DNA of 42,239 nucleotides, from IMG/VR virus record IMGVR_UViG_3300017698_000025, positions 1-42,239 of that record. One strand, 5' to 3'. The position numbers were made by a program, and so were the translations under genes. Below the pieces are notes generated by a model. The model searched no databases, was not told the origin of the DNA, and saw nothing but the letters and a program-made list of their open reading frames with translations. The DNA comes from a virus. Positions 22,349 through 29,846 of this stretch are shown one piece after another; positions within the stretch are counted from its first letter, which is position 1, and each line of letters starts with the position of its first letter.

Positions 22349-22674
22349 TGAAATACGATAGGGCGTATGAGTGCGCGGCGACCGTGCTGCGCCACCGCAA
22401 CGGATTCACAGAAGCCCGCGCACGTAAGATCGCGTATGCTGCTCACGGGCTGAGCGGTGAGGCCGCCATCGACGCTACATGGACCCCGCCACGGACTACT
22501 GCCGCAAGTGCGGTGTCGCCGCCGCTGAGGTGGTCCAGAAGCATACCCCGTGCAACCACGGCTCGACGCTGGTCGGCATCTCGCATATCGTGCGTGGTCG
22601 GCGGCTGGACGCGCTGGCCGGAACCACAGGCGGGAACGTGGCGTTGGTATGCAGGCGTGATGATGATCACGTAA
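22348..22674 (+). CDS. Hypothetical protein; the 3' half is doubtful (overlaps the next ORF by 196 nt)
   Basis: TGATG-coupled start and a plausible N-terminus (MKYDRAYECAATVLRHRNGFTEARARKIAYAAHGLSGEAAIDA). After about 22480 the translation becomes R/W/S/T/P-rich, as expected for off-frame reading. Confidence 0.35.
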   Translation: MKYDRAYECAATVLRHRNGFTEARARKIAYAAHGLSGEAAIDATWTPPRTTAASAVSPPLRWSRSIPRATTARRWSASRISCVVGGWTRWPEPQAGTWRWYAGVMMIT

Positions 22675-22844
22675 ACGACGCGGCCGACGCGGCCGACGCG
22701 GCTGCGTACTCCACGATGGTGTTCAAGGGGCTCAAGGATGTTAAAAGCCTTAACCTCGAAGGATACCACGCGGAGTGGATCGACGAGACCGCGCCAAAAA
22801 TTACCGGTCTGCCATGGCCTGTCGACGACCTGGACCCGGCATAA
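22479..22844 (+). CDS. Hypothetical protein with an N-terminal CxxC...C.H motif
   Basis: 121 aa, MDPATDYCRKCGV...TPCNHGS. Protein-like composition throughout. Confidence 0.55.
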   Translation: MDPATDYCRKCGVAAAEVVQKHTPCNHGSTLVGISHIVRGRRLDALAGTTGGNVALVCRRDDDHVNDAADAADAAAYSTMVFKGLKDVKSLNLEGYHAEWIDETAPKITGLPWPVDDLDPA

Positions 22845-22857
22845 GGAGCACCCGAGC

Positions 22858-23058
22858 ATGCCCCGCCTTTCCAAAGCCGATCACGAAACGCTTGTCGACA
22901 TGGAGCGTTCGGACGACTACCACGCGATCACCGTTCGGGAGTACGCCGAGCTGAACCGGCTCGCTGACCGTGGGCTGATCGAACGAGACCCGCTGCACTC
23001 GAACACGTACCGGATTACCGAGGCCGGGCGCGAGGCTGTGAGGGAGGCGGGGATATGA
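22858..23058 (+). CDS. Small winged-helix-like protein
   Basis: 66 aa. AAGGAG RBS. LNRLADRGLIERDPLHSNTYRITEAGREAV resembles a MarR-type wing. Confidence 0.6.
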   Translation: MPRLSKADHETLVDMERSDDYHAITVREYAELNRLADRGLIERDPLHSNTYRITEAGREAVREAGI

Positions 23059-23216
23059 TCCCAACTCGGCAGCGCCTGCTGGATACTGTATCGGCCGTCG
23101 CTATCTCAGCGATGCATCGATCAACGCCGTCCGGAGCGTGGGTTCGCGTTGGATCTCGTCAGGATCATATCCAATGGTATTCACCACGTGGCTGTGCTTG
23201 ACGCGGAGGCGAAGAA

Positions 23217-23468
23217 GTGACGGTATACGGCACTCAGGCCAGAGCGGTGCACCATCTTCTGCGGATATGGGAGCAGTATGGGGACCTGCATGACGAGCCT
23301 GGGAAGAACGTCGAGTTCGACCATCGGAATATGCGGGCTGGCGAGGATGCCGGCGCGTTTCTGGTTGAACTCGGGCTCGCGGTGGACAACGGGCGTTCCG
23401 TCGTCCTGACCGACGAAGGGCAGCGCATTCTCGACGATGACAGCCTTGACGCGGGGGCGAAGAAGTGA
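23217..23468 (+). CDS. Small winged-helix-like protein (paralogue of 22858..23058)
   Basis: 83 aa. GTG start 7 nt after GGAGG. FLVELGLAVDNGRSVVLTDEGQRIL parallels the wing of the preceding protein. Confidence 0.55.
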   Translation: MTVYGTQARAVHHLLRIWEQYGDLHDEPGKNVEFDHRNMRAGEDAGAFLVELGLAVDNGRSVVLTDEGQRILDDDSLDAGAKK

Positions 23469-23656
23469 AGTGGATACCCGATCTGACGCCGAAGCAGGTT
23501 GACGAGATCCCGGAGGACGTTCCGGAGGGCCGTCAGGCGCGATTCTCGCGATATTATCCAGATGATCGCTGCTACCACCTCGATAGCGGCGGCCACGCGT
23601 GGAAGATCAATCGTTTGGTTGGTGGCGGATATTACAAGATCGCTTCGCTCTGGTGA
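23465..23656 (+). CDS. Hypothetical protein
   Basis: 63 aa. The GTG start lies in the second repeat copy and overlaps the upstream TGA. Confidence 0.5.
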   Translation: MKWIPDLTPKQVDEIPEDVPEGRQARFSRYYPDDRCYHLDSGGHAWKINRLVGGGYYKIASLW

Positions 23657-23848
23657 TTGACGCGGAGGCGAAATCGAGGTAGGTTTGATTATTGAGTGAT
23701 GGAAACGCCTGAACCGGTGAGGGAGGGTGAGATGAAATCGCGGGGGTAATGTCCCGCATCCAATTCAGTTCCGGTGCGGCCGCTCTTATTGCGAGCACCT
23801 ATAGTGCGCTGGGGGTTGGCGATCTCTAGGGCCGCACCGATACAGTTC

Positions 23849-23882
23849 AAGGCCGCCTCCTAACCGGGGCGGCCTTTCTCTT
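23849..23882 (+). terminator. Rho-independent terminator
   Basis: AAGGCCGCC-(10-nt loop)-GGCGGCCTT forms a 9-bp GC-rich stem, followed by TCTCTT. Confidence 0.7.
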
Positions 23883-23936
23883 GACAGCCTCCCGGTATCC
23901 CGTTACCTTCCCCGAAACAGGGAGCCGCTGCGCACG

Positions 23937-24218
23937 ATGGCCTCATTCTCCGCTGACCTGACTCTCGCCGCCTATCCGGCATGGACCGAGGCTGCTGACG
24001 GGTCGTCCACCGAGACCGTCATCCTCCAGGTGAAGGAGCAGGGCGGTGTGCACGTCGCGCTGGCGGACGACTCCGGCGACGTGACGGGCTATTTCGTCAT
24101 CGACACCAACTCCCCCTCCGCGATCAGCACGGCCACGTTCAACGCGCTCACGACCAAGGTGTACGCGCGACCGGCCGGCAGCTTCGGCGCGCTTGAGATC
24201 ACCGTCGGAGCGTACTGA
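23937..24218 (+). CDS. Hypothetical protein
   Basis: 93-aa ORF after the terminator. TGATG-coupled to the next gene. Confidence 0.6.
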   Translation: MASFSADLTLAAYPAWTEAADGSSTETVILQVKEQGGVHVALADDSGDVTGYFVIDTNSPSAISTATFNALTTKVYARPAGSFGALEITVGAY

Positions 24219-24949
24219 TGCGCAGGCTGGGCTCCGGCCTTGATCTCCTGACCGGTTGGCCTCGCGCTATTGGCGGACCGTCTGCGGTCGTGCAGTGGAG
24301 CCCAGCTGACGTATCACTCGGGGCCAAGGGGTTCTTCTGGGACGCCAGCACGGTCGTCGGGATGTTCCAGGACGCGGCAGGCACAGTTCCGGTCACTGCG
24401 AACGGCAACCCTATCGGGCAGTGGGACCTGGACACGATGGTCCTGTCGCAGGCGACGAGCGCGCAGAAGCCGACCTATTCCACGACTGTCGGAACAGTTT
24501 TCGACGGGGTCGACGATGTGCTGAACGGCGGCTTTGCGGGCGGTGTCGGCCCTAATTGCAGCGTATTCTTCCGGATCCGGAAGATAACCGGCACCGTTGG
24601 GCAGTGCATCGGAAGTGAAGAGGCAGGGCGCAGTATCGGGATTTACAACAGCCTTGGCGGCGCACTCGCCCCTATATCTGGCTCCGGGACTCCCACATTC
24701 CGTGTCGATAACGCCGTAGTGACCAACCAGCTGGCATTTTACACGGCGTTGAATGATGCCGGGTGGCATACGGTTGAAGCGTCAGCACTGACGCTCGCCG
24801 GGTGGTCGGATTTCAACATGGCAGCGAACCCGTCCCTTTCGAATTATGCGAACGCGAACATGCCGCGCGGCGTCCTGATCGAAACGGCAAGTCTCACGAC
24901 CGACATTCGTGCAGAGATCCTTTCATGGCTTTCGAGGGTGTTTAGATAA
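24218..24949 (+). CDS. LamG / concanavalin-A-like lectin-fold protein
   Basis: 243 aa. QATSAQKPTYSTTVGTVFDGVDDVLNG fits the common LamG-like phage pattern (Q.t...qP......v.FDG.DD.L). Confidence 0.55.
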   Translation: MRRLGSGLDLLTGWPRAIGGPSAVVQWSPADVSLGAKGFFWDASTVVGMFQDAAGTVPVTANGNPIGQWDLDTMVLSQATSAQKPTYSTTVGTVFDGVDDVLNGGFAGGVGPNCSVFFRIRKITGTVGQCIGSEEAGRSIGIYNSLGGALAPISGSGTPTFRVDNAVVTNQLAFYTALNDAGWHTVEASALTLAGWSDFNMAANPSLSNYANANMPRGVLIETASLTTDIRAEILSWLSRVFR

Positions 24950-25359
24950 TGCCAAATCGCGCGATTATCATGATCGTTCCGGCCGCCCTGAAGGACAACG
25001 CGAACCTCGCGTTCGCCAAGCTGGGGGTGGGGCCTAATACGATTTCTATTCCCGTCTCGGCGGCCGGAAACCCTAGTGTGATCACGCACTACCTCTGTCA
25101 CTGGAGCAACCCGTCCGAGGCCGTTACCGAGGTCATCGGTACGTGGCTCAGCGGGAGTATGATCACCGACTGCGTGGACGAGTACGGCAACCCGGTCACG
25201 GTTACGTGGGACACGCCGAACATGGGTCAGGCGCGGGCTGCGATGATGGCGATCACGTACAAGTCGATCCCGTATGAGGATCTGGACGATTATCGGCCGC
25301 TTGACGAGGTCGCCTCGATGAAGGACCTTGCTGGCCTCGTGAACCATCAGCCGGGATAA
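24949..25359 (+). CDS. Hypothetical protein
   Basis: 136 aa. TAATG overlap upstream. Ends 1 nt before the portal start. Confidence 0.6.
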   Translation: MPNRAIIMIVPAALKDNANLAFAKLGVGPNTISIPVSAAGNPSVITHYLCHWSNPSEAVTEVIGTWLSGSMITDCVDEYGNPVTVTWDTPNMGQARAAMMAITYKSIPYEDLDDYRPLDEVASMKDLAGLVNHQPG

Positions 25360-25360
25360 C

Positions 25361-27595
25361 ATGGCGACAGACAAAGCCACGGCCACATCGGACACGCCGG
25401 ACCGCGCGCCTGCGTCTGGAGAGGGCGCGCACAAATACTGGTGCGCCGAACTCAAGGCCGCTGAAAAGGCGAAGCGTCATCGTCGGTTCCTGAAGGATGG
25501 CCAGTCCATCGTCCGTCGCTACGAGGACGAAAAGGCCACCAACACGAACGACGGGTATGAGGACGCTGGTGCGTCCGAGTTCAATATCCTGTGGTCCAAC
25601 ACACAGACGATGAAGCCGGCCGTTTACGAGCGGCCTCCGAAGGCTGTCGTCGAGCGGCGCTACCCGGATCGTGACCCCATCGGCCGCACGGCGTCGGTGA
25701 TCCTGGAGCGTGCGACGGAATACACCGTCGAGATGGGCACGTACCACTCTGCCATCGACAGCGCGTTGACGGATTGGCTGCTGGCCGGTCGCGGTCAGGT
25801 ATGGGTTCGGTATGAGCCTGTGTTTCAGCCGATGCCGTCTCAGGTAACGCAGTCGCCGGCATCGGACGAGCGCCAGGAAGGCACCGACGAGCGCGGCGAG
25901 GACGATCCTCAGGAAGAGGTCGTGGACGAGAGCGCGTGCCTGGACTACGTGCACTGGCAGGACTATCTGGAAAGCCCGTCACGGACGCAGTCTGAAGTCT
26001 GGTGGCGTGCTCGCCGCGTGTACATGAGCCGGCGCGAACTGAAGAAGCGGTTTGGCGAAGAGATCGGGAAGAAGGTCGACCTGAAGTGGGAGCCGGAGGA
26101 GGCTCGCAGCATCGGGGACGACGTTCCGGAGAGTGAGAAGGACCAGTTCAAGCGGGCGCCTGTCTGGGAGATCTGGGACAAGACCGAGCGCCGCGTGACG
26201 TGGATCTGCGAAAGCTACCCGTCGCCGCTCGACAGCATGGAAGACCCGTTGCAGCTGGACGGGTTCTGGCCGTGTCCGAATCCGCTGTGCGCGAGCGTGG
26301 CGAACAGCAGCACGATCCCGACTCCGTTCTTCTCGTATTATCGTCGTCAGGCGCAGGAACTTGACGACCTGACGGCGCGTATTCAGGCGCTCACGTCGTC
26401 GCTGAAGGCGGCTGGCTGCTACGATGCCAGTATCCCGGCCCTAAGCCGGCTGCTCGATGAAGGCGTGGATAACAAGCTGATCCCGGTCGAGAGTTGGGCG
26501 GCGTTCTCTGAAAAGGGCGGTCTTGACGGCGCAATCTCGATGCTGCCGATCAAGGACGTTGCGGCGGTCGTGCTCCAGCTGTACGAGGCGCGCGAGCAGA
26601 CGAAGCAGGTGATTTACGAGATCACCGGTATTTCCGACATCGTGCGCGGTCAGGGAGATGGCGGGGCGGCGAAGACCGCTACCGAACAGCGGATAAAGGG
26701 GCGGTTTGCGACCCTGCGGCTGAGCGACCTCCAGCGGGACGTGGAGCGGTTCGCGCGCGATGCGCTGCGTCTGCTCGCCGAGGTGATCGCTGAGCATTTC
26801 GAGCCGAAGACGTTGTTCCTAATGTCCGGCTATGAGCAGTACGCGAAGTCGCAGTTCGCCCCGAAGCCGCCCCAGCTGCCTGAGCCGCCTCCCGGTACGC
26901 CGCCTGAGGTTATCCAGCAGGTAAAGCAGCAGGCCGAGCAGCAGGCCGCGATGATGGCGCAGCAGGAGGCCATGCAGACGTTTGAAGCGGCTGTGGCGCT
27001 TCTGCGTGAGGACAAGAACCGTGGGTTCCGGATCGACATCGACACCGACACGATGGTCGCGCCGGACCGTGAGGAAATGCAGCGCGGACGGACCGAAGCT
27101 GTCGCGGCGCTGGGCACGTTCATGAAGGAGGCGGTTCCGGCTGGGGCACAGTTCCCGACGCTGGTTCCGATCCTTGGCAAGTTCATGCTGTTCCTGGTGC
27201 GTGGTATGCCGGCCGCGCGAGAGATCGAGGGCGCGATTGAGCAGTTCGTTGACGATCAGGAAATGTCCGAACGTTCGGGTGGAAATCAAAAGCCGCCTGA
27301 CCCCGAGATGGTCAAGGCACAGGCGGAAATTCAGAAGCAGCAGATGGAAAGCCAACGCGCCCAGCAGGAAATGATGGCTGAGGGCGAGCGGATGAAGGCC
27401 GAACTTGCGCAGAAAGCGCAGGAAGCGCAGATGGATTTCGCGTTGAAGCAGGGCGAGTTCCAGCGTAAGATGGCCGAGATGGACCGTGAGGAAGAAATCA
27501 AGCTGCGCGAGCACCAGATGAAGATGGCCGAGATCACGATGAAGGACTCGGCTGATGAGCGGTCCGCTGCTCGTAAGAAAGACAGCGCGAAATGA
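25361..27595 (+). CDS. Portal protein with a long charged C-terminal helical (barrel-like) extension
   Basis: 744 aa. Size and position between terminase and scaffold fit a portal. The C-terminal ~110 aa are a Q/E/K/M-rich helix (QKQQMESQRAQQEMMAEGERMKAELAQKAQEAQMDF...). Confidence 0.8.
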   Translation: MATDKATATSDTPDRAPASGEGAHKYWCAELKAAEKAKRHRRFLKDGQSIVRRYEDEKATNTNDGYEDAGASEFNILWSNTQTMKPAVYERPPKAVVERRYPDRDPIGRTASVILERATEYTVEMGTYHSAIDSALTDWLLAGRGQVWVRYEPVFQPMPSQVTQSPASDERQEGTDERGEDDPQEEVVDESACLDYVHWQDYLESPSRTQSEVWWRARRVYMSRRELKKRFGEEIGKKVDLKWEPEEARSIGDDVPESEKDQFKRAPVWEIWDKTERRVTWICESYPSPLDSMEDPLQLDGFWPCPNPLCASVANSSTIPTPFFSYYRRQAQELDDLTARIQALTSSLKAAGCYDASIPALSRLLDEGVDNKLIPVESWAAFSEKGGLDGAISMLPIKDVAAVVLQLYEAREQTKQVIYEITGISDIVRGQGDGGAAKTATEQRIKGRFATLRLSDLQRDVERFARDALRLLAEVIAEHFEPKTLFLMSGYEQYAKSQFAPKPPQLPEPPPGTPPEVIQQVKQQAEQQAAMMAQQEAMQTFEAAVALLREDKNRGFRIDIDTDTMVAPDREEMQRGRTEAVAALGTFMKEAVPAGAQFPTLVPILGKFMLFLVRGMPAAREIEGAIEQFVDDQEMSERSGGNQKPPDPEMVKAQAEIQKQQMESQRAQQEMMAEGERMKAELAQKAQEAQMDFALKQGEFQRKMAEMDREEEIKLREHQMKMAEITMKDSADERSAARKKDSAK

Positions 27596-27774
27596 GTTCA
27601 GAGAGCCGTTACAGCGGATACGAGGATATCGGCCCAGCGTGTCCGGGGATTTGGCCGTGGGAAGATCTGACCCGCGAGCAGTGCGATGCGATCAATATGT
27701 TTCGCACGCCAGAGATGAAGGCAAAGTGGGTGGCGGACGTGAAGAAGATGCTTGGTATCGAAGCGGAAGAGTGA
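27592..27774 (+). CDS. Hypothetical protein
   Basis: 60 aa. ATGA overlap with the portal stop. Confidence 0.55.
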   Translation: MSSESRYSGYEDIGPACPGIWPWEDLTREQCDAINMFRTPEMKAKWVADVKKMLGIEAEE

Positions 27775-27783
27775 GGGTAAGTG

Positions 27784-27984
27784 ATGGAGTGGCAGCCGAT
27801 TGAAACTGCTCCGAGAGATGGGACGCGCGTCCTGTTGTCGAAAGTTGGTTCGACGGAAGTGGTGTCGGGCTACTGGAACGGCATCAGATATGAAGATATC
27901 CCTGTAGACGAATGGCTTACGGCGCCCGGTGGCTGGCGCAGGCAGCCAACCCACTGGATGCCCTTACCGGAGCCCCCGAAATGA
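27784..27984 (+). CDS. DUF551-like protein
   Basis: MEWQPIETAPRDGTRVLL...PTHWMPLPEPP matches the characteristic DUF551 ends. GAGGGTAAG RBS. Confidence 0.7.
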   Translation: MEWQPIETAPRDGTRVLLSKVGSTEVVSGYWNGIRYEDIPVDEWLTAPGGWRRQPTHWMPLPEPPK

Positions 27985-28259
27985 CCCGCACCGTGTTCGT
28001 ATTCGACCACGCCTCAGGCGCCGTCATCCCGCGCTCCGAGCGCCAGCGGTCCGACGTGCATCATGTGATCTGCGACGAAATGGAGCCGACACGGCATCCG
28101 GTGACGGGCAAGATCATGACTTCGAAGTCGGCTATGTCGCGGACAACGCGCGAACTCGGCTTGACAGAAGTCGGGAATGATGTGCAAAAGGATAGGCGAG
28201 AATGGCGCGAAGCGCCGATGCAGCCCGAGCTGCTGCGTTATTTGAATGAATCGAGGTGA
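27981..28259 (+). CDS. Hypothetical protein
   Basis: 92 aa starting MTRTVFVFD. ATGA overlap upstream. Confidence 0.55.
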   Translation: MTRTVFVFDHASGAVIPRSERQRSDVHHVICDEMEPTRHPVTGKIMTSKSAMSRTTRELGLTEVGNDVQKDRREWREAPMQPELLRYLNESR

Positions 28260-28264
28260 GGGAA

Positions 28265-28648
28265 ATGATCGAAGGCACAGAGGCAGCTTTGCTCCATATT
28301 GCCACCGGGCTCATTACAGACAAGGCAAAGGAACTCAAGTTCTCCGGTGACATCGACGTGGAAATGATTGGGCTCGATGCAAAGCCTAGGTTCCCCATGT
28401 TGCGTGTTAGGGTGAGGTATCCGTCGCGGGCGGGATCGAAGGACCTTCCATCTGGGGTGCATTCCGGGCACGCTCAGTGCGCATATGGTCTGCCGTCATA
28501 TGCCGACCCCAACAATAGGGGCGATCTTGAGATTGAGAAGTTCGCTGAACGTGCCACTATCGACTGCACCCGCGACGCACTTGAGAGTTTCCGGCTTCAG
28601 CGTCAAGTGATCACTGAAATCGTGGAAGTCCAGAAAGAGATTGCATAA
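28265..28648 (+). CDS. Hypothetical protein
   Basis: 127 aa starting MIEGTEAAL. GAGGTGAGGG RBS. Somewhat lower GC than its neighbours. Confidence 0.6.
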   Translation: MIEGTEAALLHIATGLITDKAKELKFSGDIDVEMIGLDAKPRFPMLRVRVRYPSRAGSKDLPSGVHSGHAQCAYGLPSYADPNNRGDLEIEKFAERATIDCTRDALESFRLQRQVITEIVEVQKEIA

Positions 28649-29814
28649 TGGCTGATTTCGACGATCTGAAGGACGAAGACGTTGGCGGCGGTCCCGCTGC
28701 CGATACATCGCCCGACGACGAGCCGAAATCACTTCACGACGAGCTTGCGGCCTCATGGGACGCCATGGAAGCCGCTTCCGAAAGCGCGGATGCTCCTGAT
28801 TCCGAGTCAGGGGTCCCCTCACTCTCCGATGCTCCTTCAGATGAGCGTCCGCGCGATGAATCCGGCCGGTTTGCAGCGAAGGCGCCTGATGGCGACACGC
28901 CCGCACCGGCGGACAAGATTACCGACCAGGACGACAAGACCAAGGCAACCGGAGATACACCGCAATCAGACGCGGTTCCGTCCGGCCCTCCGGTAAGTTG
29001 GTCGGCTGACGCGAAGTCGGAATGGGGCGCTCTCTCCCCCGCCACTCAAGCGGCGGTCCTCAAGCGGGAGCAGGAAGCCTCGGACGGAATTCGCCAGAAG
29101 TCCGAAGAAATCCGACGCTATGCGACGATGGAGCAGATGTTTGCGCCACGGCGTGAGGTGTTCGCGAAACTTGGCTATCAGAACGACGTTCAGGTGATGG
29201 ACACCTTGATGAAGTTCGCCGATGGCTGGGCTCGTGACCCGGACGCACTGGTTCAGCACCTCGCATCGCAGCGTGGCTTGCAGGTATCGAAACAGACCGG
29301 GCAATCAGACGCTCCGTCTCAGGAATTTCGCGAAGATCAGGGCGCTCACTCGGCTCAACCCGAAGATGACCGCATTGCCCGATTGGAGCAGCATATCGCT
29401 GAACGCGAACGACAGGATGCGCAGCGGGTTCAAGACCGCAACGTGGCCCTCGTCGAACGGTTCATCGCAGATCCCGTGAATAAGCACTTCGAGGCAGTCG
29501 GTCCTGACGTGATGGCCATTCTACCGGGCATCCGTTCCCAGAACCCGAATATGAGCGAAGAGCAACTGCTGAAGACGGCTTACGACAAAGCGTGCTGGAC
29601 GAACGAGGGTGTGCGACAGCAGATCCTTGCCGAACAGAACGCGGCGGCAGAGGCCAAGAAGCAGCAGGAGGCGAAGGACCGCACCGAGCGTGCGCGTCGA
29701 GCCGGGTCGAGTGTGACCGGTGCGCCGAACGGGTCTGGCGGACATGCTGCTGCACCGGCCCTGTCTCTGCGAGAGGAGCTGATGGAGCGGTGGAGCGACG
29801 GCTCTCCACACTGA
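28648..29814 (+). CDS. Scaffolding protein
   Basis: 388 aa. Very acidic, low-complexity N-terminus and helical Q/E/R/A-rich remainder. Immediately upstream of the capsid gene. Confidence 0.7.
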   Translation: MADFDDLKDEDVGGGPAADTSPDDEPKSLHDELAASWDAMEAASESADAPDSESGVPSLSDAPSDERPRDESGRFAAKAPDGDTPAPADKITDQDDKTKATGDTPQSDAVPSGPPVSWSADAKSEWGALSPATQAAVLKREQEASDGIRQKSEEIRRYATMEQMFAPRREVFAKLGYQNDVQVMDTLMKFADGWARDPDALVQHLASQRGLQVSKQTGQSDAPSQEFREDQGAHSAQPEDDRIARLEQHIAERERQDAQRVQDRNVALVERFIADPVNKHFEAVGPDVMAILPGIRSQNPNMSEEQLLKTAYDKACWTNEGVRQQILAEQNAAAEAKKQQEAKDRTERARRAGSSVTGAPNGSGGHAAAPALSLREELMERWSDGSPH

Positions 29815-29846
29815 AATCCCGGTCCTTCATTTGAGGACCGTCGCAG

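Larger units (their letters stand above)
23197..23679. repeat. Three dispersed copies of a 24-nt motif CTTGACGCGG(A/G)GGCGAAGAAGTGA at gene junctions
   Basis: Copies at 23197-23220, 23445-23468 (1 mismatch) and 23656-23679 (degenerate 3' part). In copies 1 and 2 the motif supplies the SD and the GTG start of the next ORF. Confidence 0.8.

Noticed and set aside
22667-22693. Tandem 9-nt repeat (gacgcggcc x2 plus gacgcggct).
   Set aside because: It lies in frame inside ORF 22479-22844 and encodes DAADAADAA. It is a simple coding micro-repeat, not a CRISPR or regulatory array.
22479-22844. Resemblance of VFKGLKDVKSLNLEGYHAEWIDETAP to the terL segment IFKGMQSYNAANIKSLEGFDIAWVEEAQ, which would suggest a terminase ATPase remnant.
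   Set aside because: Only about 10 identities over about 28 aa, judged by eye, with no Walker A in the ORF. This cannot be separated from chance without a proper alignment statistic.
23773-23839. tRNA-like appearance: a 7-bp acceptor-like pairing GGTGCGG...CCGCACC.
   Set aside because: The span is only 66 nt, with no T-loop (GTTCRANY) or D-loop consensus and no anticodon stem of the right geometry. It is better explained as a long hairpin upstream of the terminator.
23881-23909. Possible promoter TTGACA-N17-TACCTT after the terminator.
   Set aside because: The -35 is perfect but the -10 is poor (TACCTT) and no operator is present. Not enough support to list as a feature. It could still be an activator-dependent or weak restart promoter.
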